DNA of 64,000 bases from Oscillibacter sp. MSJ-31 (GTDB lineage: Bacteria > Actinomycetota > Coriobacteriia > Coriobacteriales > Eggerthellaceae), in the NCBI GenBank assembly GCA_963601095.1, contig CAVCDZ010000132.1:8547-72546 (forward strand), read 5' to 3'. The notes beneath the pieces were generated by a model. The model was not told the origin of the DNA, did no database searches, and saw only the letters and a program-made list of their open reading frames with translations. A program made the translations under genes and the position numbers. Of this stretch, positions 19,157 through 27,953 are shown piece by piece (positions within the stretch are counted from its first letter, which is position 1; each line of letters begins with the position of its first letter).

Positions 19157-20785
19157 CTACGCTGCCTTCCGCGCGCCCGCGATGCGAACCGCCAGGATCA
19201 CGACAATCGCCACGACCATGCCGCCCAGAAGCGACGGCCACGGGGACGCCGTGACGCCCGCCACCAGATAGCCCACCAGGCAGATGCCGGCAACGAGCGT
19301 GGCGTACGGCAGCTGCGTGGCCACATGGCGCAGATGGTTGCACTTCGCGCCGGCCGACGACAGGATCGTCGTGTCGGATATGGGCGAGGCATGGTCGCCG
19401 TACACCGCGCCGGCCAGCGTCGCGCCGATCGTCACCAGATACAGCGGGTCGCCCTCGGGGAACACACCCAGCACGATCGGCAGGACCAGCGCGATCGTGC
19501 CCCACGACGTGCCCATCGCAAAGCCGATGAAGCCCGACACGACGAAGATGACGGCCGGCAAGAACGTGAGTTGGAAGCCGACGCTGGTCAAGAACGTGGA
19601 CACGAACTCGCCGGTGCCCAGCATGTGGCGGCACTCGGTGCCGAGGCTCCAGGCCAGCACCAGGATCATGATCGCGCCGACCATCGAGCGCACGCCCTCG
19701 GACACGCCCTCGGTGAACCCGACGAGCGTCGTGAGCTTGCGCGGCAAGAACATCGCCGCCGCAACGAGCAGCGCCACCGTCGCGCCGATGCACAGGCCCG
19801 TGACCGGGTCGACGCCCACCGCCGTCGCGAAGTCCTCGCCCTCGAAGAAGCCACCGACGTACAGCATGCCGATGATCGCGAACACGATCAGCGTCAGGAT
19901 GGGGATGACCAGGTCGTAAGTCTTGCCCCTGTCGGAGACCTCCAGGCCCTTGAACTCCTCGATGGCGTTCGCGGCGCCCTCAAGGTCGGCCTGCTCGGTG
20001 ACGACGGTCTCGACGTCGTCGGGATGCGCCGGAATACCCGCCGACGACACCGTCTCGAGCGCCGAGGGATGCTTGAGGATCGGCTGGTACGAGCGCTCCT
20101 CGCAGTCGCGCTGCGCCTTGCCCATCGAGAAGAAGTCGGTGCCCACCGCGCAGAGCGCGAATACGAACACGATCGTGATCAGCGCGTAGAAGTTGTACGG
20201 GATGGACGCGACGAACGTGGAAAAGCCGTTGTCGCCCAGATAGCCGCCGACCGCGACCGCCCACGACGACACCGGCGCGATGATGCAGACCGGGGCGGCG
20301 GTGGAGTCGATGATGTAGGCGAGCTTCTCGTGGCTGATGCGGAAGCGATCGGTCACGGGGCGCATGACGGCGCCGACCGTGAGGCAGTTGAAGTAGTCGT
20401 CGACGAACACGACGATGCCGAGGATCGCCGTCATGACCGACGCCATGCGCGCGCTCTTGATGCGCTTGGCCGCCCATTCGGCGTACGCCCGCGAGCCGCC
20501 TGCCACGGCGATCACCACGACGAGCGCGCCAAGCAGCGCCAGGAAGAGGATCAGCGCCCCGTTCGAGGAGATCTGATCGGCCATGATCGTCGGCAGCATG
20601 GTAAACGCCGAAATCAGTTGCGAGACGCCGGCGCCTTCCAGGGTGAACTCATAGATGATCAGGCCGGAGAACACGCCGGCGAGCAGCGAGGAGTACACCT
20701 CCTTGGTGAGCAGCGCCAGACCGAGCGCCAAAAGCGGCGGCAGGATCGACCACGCGCCGGTGGAGATAAGCTCGATGCCTTCCAT
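19157..20785 (-). CDS. nhaC: Na+/H+ antiporter, NhaC family
   Basis: 542 aa and polytopic. N-terminus (GAWSILPPLLALGLALLTKEVYSSLLAGVF) and overall pattern are typical of NhaC. It converges on the 5-FCL gene with a 19-nt gap. Confidence 0.85.
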   Translation of the reverse strand: MEGIELISTGAWSILPPLLALGLALLTKEVYSSLLAGVFSGLIIYEFTLEGAGVSQLISAFTMLPTIMADQISSNGALILFLALLGALVVVIAVAGGSRAYAEWAAKRIKSARMASVMTAILGIVVFVDDYFNCLTVGAVMRPVTDRFRISHEKLAYIIDSTAAPVCIIAPVSSWAVAVGGYLGDNGFSTFVASIPYNFYALITIVFVFALCAVGTDFFSMGKAQRDCEERSYQPILKHPSALETVSSAGIPAHPDDVETVVTEQADLEGAANAIEEFKGLEVSDRGKTYDLVIPILTLIVFAIIGMLYVGGFFEGEDFATAVGVDPVTGLCIGATVALLVAAAMFLPRKLTTLVGFTEGVSEGVRSMVGAIMILVLAWSLGTECRHMLGTGEFVSTFLTSVGFQLTFLPAVIFVVSGFIGFAMGTSWGTIALVLPIVLGVFPEGDPLYLVTIGATLAGAVYGDHASPISDTTILSSAGAKCNHLRHVATQLPYATLVAGICLVGYLVAGVTASPWPSLLGGMVVAIVVILAVRIAGARKAA

Positions 20786-21016
20786 GCGTCCTTCTTCCCG
20801 TTGTTCTGTGGGCGCGCGACTGCGCGCTATCGTATGCCAGATACAGACGGAGTTGATTATAGGACAGCGATGAGCGCCGAGGCGCGAGGGCAGGCGATCG
20901 GGGCGAGACGCGGCGGTGGGCGAGCGCAGGACGCGGTGCGGCAGGGCGCGCGACGTTCGAAGGCGGCGACCAGGCAGACCGCGCGACCGGAGCGCAGCGG
21001 GCGGGCGCGCCGCCAG

Positions 21017-21100
21017 CCGCTACACCCGCGTTTACGCTTAGCAACCTCGCGCCGCCGGCTGCCACGCCCGCGTTTACGCTTAGCAACCTCGCGCCGCCGG
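21017..21100. repeat. 42-bp tandem duplication (2 units), intergenic
   Basis: CCCGCGTTTACGCTTAGCAACCTCGCGCCGCCGG occurs at 21025-21058 and 21067-21100. It lies between the HdeD-like gene stop and the nhaC upstream region. Confidence 0.7.
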
Positions 21101-21114
21101 CCGCCAGGCCCGCG

Positions 21115-21642
21115 CTACAGGAACTTAGGCGCGTTCGCCCCAAGGAAGATCAGGGAGGCGCCGTGCATCAGGGCGAACAGCGAGATGAAGAGCGCCAGCA
21201 TCTCCGGCAAGACGAAGAACGCCAGGCCGATGAAGATCGTCACGATGCCGGAGAACAGAGGCCAGCCCCACATCGCCACGCCCGCCCGATGCGCCATGAT
21301 CGAGCCGGCGATCTCGTAAACGGCGAAGATGATCGTGAAGGCGCCCACAACCCACGGCAGCACGACGGCAAAGACGAATGGATGGATCAAGAACATCAGG
21401 CCGACCAGCAAGTCGAGGATGCCGTAGGCTAAAAACCATCCCGACAGGGCCAGGGCCTCACGATCGCGCGCGTAGGTGATGACGTCGACGACGCCCGACA
21501 CGACGAAGGCCGCGCCGACCATGAACGCGATGGAGGCCAGCGTGAGCCCTGGGAAGAACGCACACACCGCGCCGAACAGGATCAGCAGGATGCCCGCGAC
21601 GATCAATTGCCAGTTCTTAGTGCCTATCTGGGCAGAAGCCAT
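21115..21642 (-). CDS. HdeD-family (DUF308) acid-resistance membrane protein
   Basis: ORF trimmed to ATG 21642 (MASAQIGTKNWQL) 9 nt after GAGGAG. Six hydrophobic helices with the repeated DUF308 pattern. Confidence 0.75.
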   Translation of the reverse strand: MASAQIGTKNWQLIVAGILLILFGAVCAFFPGLTLASIAFMVGAAFVVSGVVDVITYARDREALALSGWFLAYGILDLLVGLMFLIHPFVFAVVLPWVVGAFTIIFAVYEIAGSIMAHRAGVAMWGWPLFSGIVTIFIGLAFFVLPEMLALFISLFALMHGASLIFLGANAPKFL

Positions 21643-21769
21643 AGCGGCATCACTCCTCAAAACGGTTTTTCTCTGCGCTGATTCTAGGTGAATACCAGGT
21701 CAGAGCCGCACGATAGCCCATCTGCAACCGAACCGACACCCATTGCGGGACAAAGGATGCCGCCCTGTA

Positions 21770-21799
21770 GAAAAAAGCGGCGACCCGAAGGCCGCCGCT
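21770..21799 (-). terminator. candidate intrinsic terminator downstream of htpG
   Basis: GCGGCGACC (21777-21785) / GGCCGCCGC (21790-21798), one mismatch. On the minus strand it is followed by TTTTTT (complement of 21771-21776). Confidence 0.5.
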
Positions 21800-21934
21800 T
21801 TGCCTGGGCACGGACGGATCACCGCCGCCCGCCCTTAGGCAAGAGGGGAGCGGGCGATCAGGCCACCCGCTCCCCTCTTCTGCGCGAAGAGCGCAAACGA
21901 TCACGCCGACCGCCGCGCTCCTCGACGCGGTGTG

Positions 21935-23962
21935 TTACATCAACTCGCAGACGCTCTGGGCAAACGCCACCGGGTCCTCCGGCAAGACGCCCTCGACCAG
22001 CAGCGCCTGGTCGTACAGAAGCCCTGCGTACAACTTCACCTTGTCGGCGTCGCCCGCCTTCTGAGCCGCCACGAGCTTGTCGAACACCGGGTGCTTGGCG
22101 TTGAGCTCAAGCACGCGCTGGCTCTTCGGCAGATTCATGCCGTCGGCCTCAGGCCCGCGCGCCAGGATCTTCTCCATCTCGAGCGACAGGCCGCCTTCGG
22201 TGGTGATGCACGCCGGCGCATCGGTCAGGCGCGCCGACACGGCGACCTTCTCCACCTTGTCGCCGAGCGCGTCCTTCATCGCCGTGAAGAGATCCTCGTT
22301 TTCCTTGGTGGCCTCTTCGGCGTCCTTCTTCTCATCCTCGGTCGCCAGGTCGATCTCGTCGGTCGCGACGTTCTTCAGATCGAGGTCGCGATCTTCCGTG
22401 ACCGGCTCCGCGCCGTCAGCCACAGCCTTTGCCGCAGCCTCGCGCGCCGCCTCGTCCTCGTAGACCTTCGGCAGACCTTGGGCATGGTAGGCGTGCATAG
22501 CCTGGAACGTGAACTCGTCGACGTCCTGCGTGCACAGCAGCACGTCGAAGCCGCGCGCGAGCACGCCCGTGACGACCGGCATCTTCGCCAGGCGATCGCG
22601 CGAATCGCCGCAGGCGTAGTACACGGCGTCCTGGCCCTCGGGCATCGCCTGGGCGTACTCGGCCAGCGTGACCATCTTCTTCTCGCGCGCGCTGTAGAAC
22701 AGCATCAGGTCGGCCAGCTCATCGGCCTTCGCACCGTAGCTGGAGTAGATGCCGTACTTCAGGCCGCGGCCGAAGTTCTCGAAGAACTTCTCGTAGTTCT
22801 CGCGGTCGTCGTCGCGCATCTTCTGCAAATCGGACGTGATCTTCTTCTCGACGCGCTTGGCGATGGCGTGAAGCTGGCGGTTCTGCTGCAGCGTCTCGCG
22901 GCTGATGTTCAAGCTCACGTCGGCGGAGTCGACGACGCCGCGCACGAAGTTGTAGTAGTCGGGCAAGAGGTCGGCGCACTTCTCCATGATCAGCACGTTG
23001 GAGCTGTAGAGCGCCAGGCCCTTCTCGTAGTCCTTGCTGTACAGATCAAACGGCGCGCGGCTCGGGACAAACAGGAGCGCGTCGTACTCGAGGGCGCCCT
23101 CGGCGTGGAACGAGATCGTGCGCGCCGGGTCCTCGAAGTCGTGGAACGTGGTCTTGTAGAACTCGTTGTAATCGCTCTGCGACACGTCGGACGAGCGCTT
23201 CTTCCAGATCGGCGTCATCGAGTTGATCGTCTCGAGCTCGGTGTACTGCTCGTACTCGGGGATGTAGTCGTCGTCGGCGTCTTCAGGCGCAGGCTTCGGG
23301 CGGCTCTTGGTCACGAGCATCTTGATCGGGTAGCGCACGTAGTTGCTGTACTGCTTGATCAGCGAGTGCAGCTCGGCCTCGTTGAAGAAGAGATCGAAAT
23401 CCTCGTCGTCGGTATTGTCCTTCATGTGCAGGATGATCTTGGTGCCGTGATCGCCGCCGAGCTCGGACGCCTGCTCGGGCGTGGCCTCCTCGACCGTGTA
23501 GCCCTCGATACCGTCGCTCTCCCACACCCAGGTCTCGTCGCTGCCGTAGGCGCGCGAGATGACTTCGACGCGCTTGGCCACCATGAAGGCGGAGTAGAAG
23601 CCGACGCCGAACTGGCCGATGATGTCGACGGCGTCGCCCTGGGACTCGGCGTTGTCGGTCTTGAACTCCTGGCTGCCGGAATGGGCAATCGTGCCGAGGT
23701 TCTTCTCCAGTTCGTCCTTCGTCATGCCCAAGCCGGTGTCGGCGACCGTGATGGTGCGCGCGGCCTTGTCGAAGGAGACGTTGATGGACAGGTCGTCCTT
23801 GGAGATTTTGATGGACTGGTCAGTCAGGCTTTTGAAGTAGAGCTTGTCCACCGCGTCGGAGGCGTTGGAGATGAGCTCGCGCAGGAATATTTCCTTGTTG
23901 GTGTAGATGGAGTTGATCATCAGGTCGAGAAGCTTCTTGCTCTCAGTCTTGAACTTCCTCAT
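21935..23962 (-). CDS. htpG: molecular chaperone HtpG (Hsp90)
   Basis: ORF 21935..24007 trimmed to ATG 23962 (MRKFKTESKKLLDLMINSIYTNKEIFLRELISNASDA). Has the GHKL ATPase motifs and is Hsp90-like over its full length. Confidence 0.95.
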   Translation of the reverse strand: MRKFKTESKKLLDLMINSIYTNKEIFLRELISNASDAVDKLYFKSLTDQSIKISKDDLSINVSFDKAARTITVADTGLGMTKDELEKNLGTIAHSGSQEFKTDNAESQGDAVDIIGQFGVGFYSAFMVAKRVEVISRAYGSDETWVWESDGIEGYTVEEATPEQASELGGDHGTKIILHMKDNTDDEDFDLFFNEAELHSLIKQYSNYVRYPIKMLVTKSRPKPAPEDADDDYIPEYEQYTELETINSMTPIWKKRSSDVSQSDYNEFYKTTFHDFEDPARTISFHAEGALEYDALLFVPSRAPFDLYSKDYEKGLALYSSNVLIMEKCADLLPDYYNFVRGVVDSADVSLNISRETLQQNRQLHAIAKRVEKKITSDLQKMRDDDRENYEKFFENFGRGLKYGIYSSYGAKADELADLMLFYSAREKKMVTLAEYAQAMPEGQDAVYYACGDSRDRLAKMPVVTGVLARGFDVLLCTQDVDEFTFQAMHAYHAQGLPKVYEDEAAREAAAKAVADGAEPVTEDRDLDLKNVATDEIDLATEDEKKDAEEATKENEDLFTAMKDALGDKVEKVAVSARLTDAPACITTEGGLSLEMEKILARGPEADGMNLPKSQRVLELNAKHPVFDKLVAAQKAGDADKVKLYAGLLYDQALLVEGVLPEDPVAFAQSVCELM

Positions 23963-23994
23963 GAAACAGGTCCTTCTTTTTGTGACGGATACAA

Positions 23995-24021
23995 TTAGCA
24001 CTCCCACTAGGAGAGTGCCAA
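23995..24021. promoter_or_regulatory. CIRCE (HrcA operator) in the htpG leader
   Basis: TTAGCACTC-N9-GAGTGCCAA matches 17/18 positions of the CIRCE consensus TTAGCACTC-N9-GAGTGCTAA. It lies between the -10 box and the htpG RBS. Confidence 0.75.
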
Positions 24022-24025
24022 TTGG

Positions 24026-24053
24026 ATTCTAGTAGGTGAGCACACCTTGTCAA
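24026..24053 (-). promoter_or_regulatory. sigma-70-like htpG promoter
   Basis: On the minus strand: TTGACA (24053-24048), a 16-nt spacer, then TAGAAT (24031-24026). Confidence 0.6.
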
Positions 24054-24150
24054 GCCGCGCGCGCGGGGTGTAAAGACGCCGTTACGCGAACGCGCGGCGG
24101 GCGAGGCGCACGAGTGAGCCGTTGCCCGCGCTGCGCGAAGCCGCTCCCTC

Positions 24151-24189
24151 GTGGTTTCGCCGCGTGGTTTCGCCGCACGGTTTCGCTGC
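24151..24189. repeat. 13-bp tandem repeat x3, intergenic
   Basis: GTGGTTTCGCCGC, GTGGTTTCGCCGC, ACGGTTTCGCTGC, immediately downstream of the proC stop. Confidence 0.65.
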
Positions 24190-24207
24190 GCCTCCCCGCG
24201 CTGCGGG

Positions 24208-25002
24208 CTACAGCGAGCGTGCCGCGTTGATGGCGGTGCGCAGCGCGTCGATCACCGTGCCGCGGAACGCGCCCTTCTCCAGGACCTCCAGGCCCTTGAT
24301 CGTCGATCCGGACGGCGAGCACACCTCGTCCTTGAGCTGGCCGGGGTGCTTGCCCGACTCGAGCACGAGCTTCGCCGCGCCCATCACGCCCTGGGCCGCG
24401 ATCTGGTAGGCCTGCGGGCGCGTCAGCCCCTCGGCGACGCCGGCGTCGGCCAGCGCCTCGATGAACATGTAGACGTAGGCCGGCGAGCTGCCGCCAATCG
24501 CACTCGACGCGTCGAGCTGCGACTCCTTGAGCTCGACGGCGGACCCGAAGCTCTCAAGCAGGCTCTTCACGTACGCCATTTCCTCAGGCGTCACCAGGTC
24601 GTTTGCGCAGTAGGCCGTCATGCCGGCACCCACGTGAGCAGGCGTGTTCGGGGCGGTGCGCACCACCTTGACCGGCTTGTCGAACTGCTCCTGCAGCCAG
24701 TCAAGCGTCTTGCCCGGCGCGATCGTGACGACGAGCTGATCATCGCGCACTGCCTCGCGCACCTCGCTGATGACCTGCTCGTATTGATACGGCTTCACGC
24801 TCAGGAACACCACGTCGGCGTTCTCGACGACCGAGACGTTGCTCGTCGACGTGTGGATGCCGAACTCCTCGGCGACCGCCTGGGCATGAGCCTCGCTCGT
24901 GTTAGATCCGTAGATATCATCAGCCGGCGCGATTCCGCCCGCAACGATCCCCTTGATGATGGCCTTCGCCATGTTGCCGCACCCGATGAACCCCAATTTC
25001 AT
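24208..25002 (-). CDS. proC: pyrroline-5-carboxylate reductase
   Basis: ORF trimmed to ATG 25002 (MKLGFIGCGNMAKAIIKGI) behind GAGGGAG. Has the Rossmann GxGxxA motif and the ProC C-terminal dimerisation pattern. Confidence 0.9.
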   Translation of the reverse strand: MKLGFIGCGNMAKAIIKGIVAGGIAPADDIYGSNTSEAHAQAVAEEFGIHTSTSNVSVVENADVVFLSVKPYQYEQVISEVREAVRDDQLVVTIAPGKTLDWLQEQFDKPVKVVRTAPNTPAHVGAGMTAYCANDLVTPEEMAYVKSLLESFGSAVELKESQLDASSAIGGSSPAYVYMFIEALADAGVAEGLTRPQAYQIAAQGVMGAAKLVLESGKHPGQLKDEVCSPSGSTIKGLEVLEKGAFRGTVIDALRTAINAARSL

Positions 25003-25244
25003 GTGGCACTCCCTCTCTCGAAGCATGATGATGCCCTCACTATAACAAAGCGATAGGCGCGGGTGAGCCGAGGAATTTTGCGGAAGTTGCGGTGTGAAAT
25101 CGTCCGGCGCGGAGGCGGATGAATCAAGGGAGCGACGGCGCGCGATCGAGAGGCGCGCAGGCGAGGCGCCAGTGAGCGCGGGCACGACGGGAAGACCCGC
25201 CACACCACGCGCCGCGGCAGGATCCCCGCGCCCCGCCGCGCCGG

Positions 25245-27152
25245 CTACGCGCCCAAGCTCTTGCGCGCAAGGCAGGTCTTCATCGCGTACTGCGTCAGGT
25301 CGGAGCGGTTGACGACGCCCACCAGCACGCCCTCGTCGACGACGGGCGCCTTCTTCAGATGGTTGTCGCCCAAGATGCGGCAGACCGTCGGCAGGTCGTC
25401 GTGCACGTCGACGCTGATGATGCCGCGCGTGGCGATGTCGGCGACCTCCATGCCCACCAGCCGCTCGAGCTTCTCGTCGAACGCCGCGTCGTCGCGACGC
25501 GACTGCATCATGAACAGGATCGGGTCCGTGTACAGCTCGGAGCGCTTCGACAGGTGCCGCAGGATGTCGCCGTCGGAAATGAAACCGCGCGGCTCGCCGT
25601 TCGAGTTCACCACCGGCGCGGCGCTGATGCCGCGCTCGACCAGCAGCTCCATCGCCTCAAGCACCGTCGCGTGCGAGTCGATCGTATACACATCGCGGCG
25701 CATGATGGATTCCAGCACCGTGCGGTTCTGCACCTGCTGCTCGCTCGGCTCCTTCGCGCCCTTCGCGTCCTTCACGAACAAGATCGTCAGGATGAAGCCG
25801 ATCAGGCACAGCACGGTGCCGACGGCAAACGCCATGTCGATGCCGACGATGTGCGCCTGCACGTCCGTCAGGCCGCTACCGTCCAGGCCGGCGGCCACCA
25901 ACGTGTAAACCGACACGAGAATTGCGGTGCCCAGCGAGCCTGCCACCTGGCGAAACGTGTTGTTGACCGAGGTGCCGTGGTTGATCAGGCGGTCGTCGAG
26001 CGAGTTCATGGCCCAGGTCGTGATCGGCATGTTGACCAGCGTGAGCGAGAACATGCGCACCGTGTACAGGCAGGTCAGGAAGATGAGGTCGATCGACTCG
26101 CCGAGGAAGATGAACACCGCCGTCGAAGCGGTGAGCAGGCCCATGCCGATCAGGCTCAGCACGCGCGGGCCATGCTTGTCGAACAGGCGGCCGGCCACCG
26201 GGCCCATGATGCCCATCAGCACCGCGCCGGGGAGGATGACCAGGCCCGACACCGTTGCGGAGTAGCCGAGCATCGTCTGGAGATAGATCGGGATCAGGAT
26301 ACCGGCGGCCAGAAGGGACGCCTGCACCAGCATGCCGATGATCGTGCCCATCAGAAACGCGCGGTTCTTCAGGACGCGCACCTCGAGCATGGGCTGGTCC
26401 ATCGTAAGCTGGCGGCGGAAGAAGAACACGAGCACGACCACGCCGACGGCACTCGAGATCAGCGCCTGCGGACTCAAGCCGTACGAGCCGATCGCAGAAA
26501 AGCCGTAGAGCAGCGTGCCGAAGCCGAGCGTCGACAGCAGGACCGAGGTCTTGTCCAGGACGGCGTCCTCGTTGGCCGGGACGTCGCGCTCCAGCACGAA
26601 CGGCGTGACGACGAGCGCGATGACGGCCAGCGCGACGATCACGAAGAACATGTCGCGCCAGCTTGCCAGGTCGATAACGAGGCCGGCGAGCGTCGGGCCG
26701 ATGGCCGGAGCGAATGCGATGACGACGCCGAAGAGCCCCATCGCCGACCCGCGGCGCTCGACCGGGAACGTGCGCATGAGCACCGTCATCGTCATCGGCA
26801 TCAGGATGCCGGCGCCCGCAGCTTGGAGCAGGCGGCCGAACAGCAGCAGCCCGAACGCCGGCGCGAACCCGCACAGCAGGCTGCCCACCGAGAAGATCGC
26901 CATCGAGAAGATGAACAGCGTGCGCGTGGGGAACTTATCGATCAGCCAGGCCGTCACCGGGATCATGATGGCGTTGACCAGGGTGAACCCGGTGGTAAGC
27001 CACTGAGCGAGCGAGGCATCGATGCTCATCTCGGCCATGATCGGCGGCAGGGCCGGCGTCACGACGGTCTGATTCAAGATGGTGACGAACGCGCCGAACA
27101 ACAGCACGACGAGCATCATCTTCTGCTTTTTGGTAAGTCCCCAACTGCTCAT
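25245..27152 (-). CDS. DHA2 (EmrB/QacA-type, 14-TMS) MFS efflux transporter fused to a C-terminal CBS pair
   Basis: ORF trimmed to ATG 27152 (MSSWGLTKKQKMM) behind GAGGAG. The DHA2-type N-terminus (VVTPALPPIMAEMSI) is followed after the last TM by two CBS motifs (VYTIDSHATVLEAMELL..ISAAPVV; ISVDVHDDLPTVCRIL..KKAPVVDEG). Confidence 0.85.
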   Translation of the reverse strand: MSSWGLTKKQKMMLVVLLFGAFVTILNQTVVTPALPPIMAEMSIDASLAQWLTTGFTLVNAIMIPVTAWLIDKFPTRTLFIFSMAIFSVGSLLCGFAPAFGLLLFGRLLQAAGAGILMPMTMTVLMRTFPVERRGSAMGLFGVVIAFAPAIGPTLAGLVIDLASWRDMFFVIVALAVIALVVTPFVLERDVPANEDAVLDKTSVLLSTLGFGTLLYGFSAIGSYGLSPQALISSAVGVVVLVFFFRRQLTMDQPMLEVRVLKNRAFLMGTIIGMLVQASLLAAGILIPIYLQTMLGYSATVSGLVILPGAVLMGIMGPVAGRLFDKHGPRVLSLIGMGLLTASTAVFIFLGESIDLIFLTCLYTVRMFSLTLVNMPITTWAMNSLDDRLINHGTSVNNTFRQVAGSLGTAILVSVYTLVAAGLDGSGLTDVQAHIVGIDMAFAVGTVLCLIGFILTILFVKDAKGAKEPSEQQVQNRTVLESIMRRDVYTIDSHATVLEAMELLVERGISAAPVVNSNGEPRGFISDGDILRHLSKRSELYTDPILFMMQSRRDDAAFDEKLERLVGMEVADIATRGIISVDVHDDLPTVCRILGDNHLKKAPVVDEGVLVGVVNRSDLTQYAMKTCLARKSLGA

Positions 27153-27235
27153 GGGTCTCCTCTCTGGCACAAGTCCAAAAAACGTAAAGCTCCAGGCGCA
27201 GAGCACCGTGGAGTGGAAACGATATGGAGTACGTG

Positions 27236-27292
27236 AATGAACGAAAGGGGCGCTGCGTGCGCCCCGTCCTTGGTAGTTCGTTATGGATTATA
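27236..27292 (-). promoter_or_regulatory. candidate promoter (-10 TATAAT) plus 5'-proximal terminator-like hairpin in the MFS-CBS leader
   Basis: On the minus strand, TATAAT lies at 27292-27287 with TAGAAA 18 nt upstream. About 20 nt downstream is the hairpin GGGGCGC-ACGCA-GCGCCCC (27265-27247), followed by TTTCGTTCATT. Confidence 0.35.
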
Positions 27293-27398
27293 AGCTTTTT
27301 AGCTGCGGGCTTTCTAGAGAATCAAACATTTTCTAACGAAGTGTTCACAAACGCGATCGCACGAGTGCCCCAGCGCAACCCGCGGTACGCGAGCTTCC

Positions 27399-27486
27399 CC
27401 GCGAGACCCCTCCCGCGCGCGCTTCTCCGCACGACCCTCTCTGTGACTCCCCTGCGAGACCTCTCCCGCGCTTCTCCGCACGACCC
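27399..27486. repeat. imperfect ~36-bp direct repeat x2, intergenic
   Basis: GCGAGACC(C)CTCCCGCGC(GC)GCTTCTCCGCACGACCC occurs twice with ~53-bp period. No credible ORF. Confidence 0.5.
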
Positions 27487-27953
27487 GCGGTGTGCGCACT
27501 CGCTCATTCGGCCTCCCGAGCGCGAAAACAGCGCCAGAGAAAAAAATCCCCCCATTTTTGGCAACTCCGCACGGAGGTACGCAGCTCGCAGAGCAGTCGC
27601 GTGCGTTTGCCGCCGAGATCCCACCTTTTTACGCAACATTTCGGGCGAATTCGTTGCGTAAGTCGACTAGCTGGCAGGACCGCGAGAGCGCAGCCAGCGT
27701 ACAACCGAAAGGTGGTGCCAAAAAACCGGGTTTTTCTTTCTCTGGGGGCTGATCGCCGTACCGAGGGGCTGGCCGACACGCGGAGGAGAAGGTGCCGCTG
27801 TCGAAGAGGCTGCTCGCCGCATGGCGGGAGCTGCTCGCCACGCGACGGACCAGACCGCGATGCGGGCGCGACGGGCGCGGCGCCGCCGCGTGACGGTGCT
27901 GCCCGCCGCATGGGCAGGCGCGATCGCAGCCCACCGGCGCGCCGGCGCGCGAC

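Noticed and set aside
19325-21319. 664-aa plus-strand ORF (and similar ones at 5000..6850, 7109..8542, 8269..9465, 10179..11543, 25359..27236, 28086..29291, 32840..34093, 40329..41438, 41253..42548, 42400..44154, 51213..52709, 60530..61822)
   Set aside because: All overlap well-supported genes on the opposite strand or span intergenic repeats. All have Arg/Asp/Gly/His-dominated composition. None has a start context or a recognisable domain.
21932-23998. 688-aa plus-strand ORF
   Set aside because: It is an exact antisense shadow of htpG. The htpG frame has unmistakable Hsp90 motifs, whereas this frame is Leu/Arg/Val/Gly-rich with no family resemblance.
27224-27661. 145-aa plus ORF and 105-aa minus ORF (27322..27639) in the large spacer
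   Set aside because: They are mutually overlapping, with Arg/Pro/Ser-rich composition, no RBS, and they cross direct repeats. They are not credible as genes.
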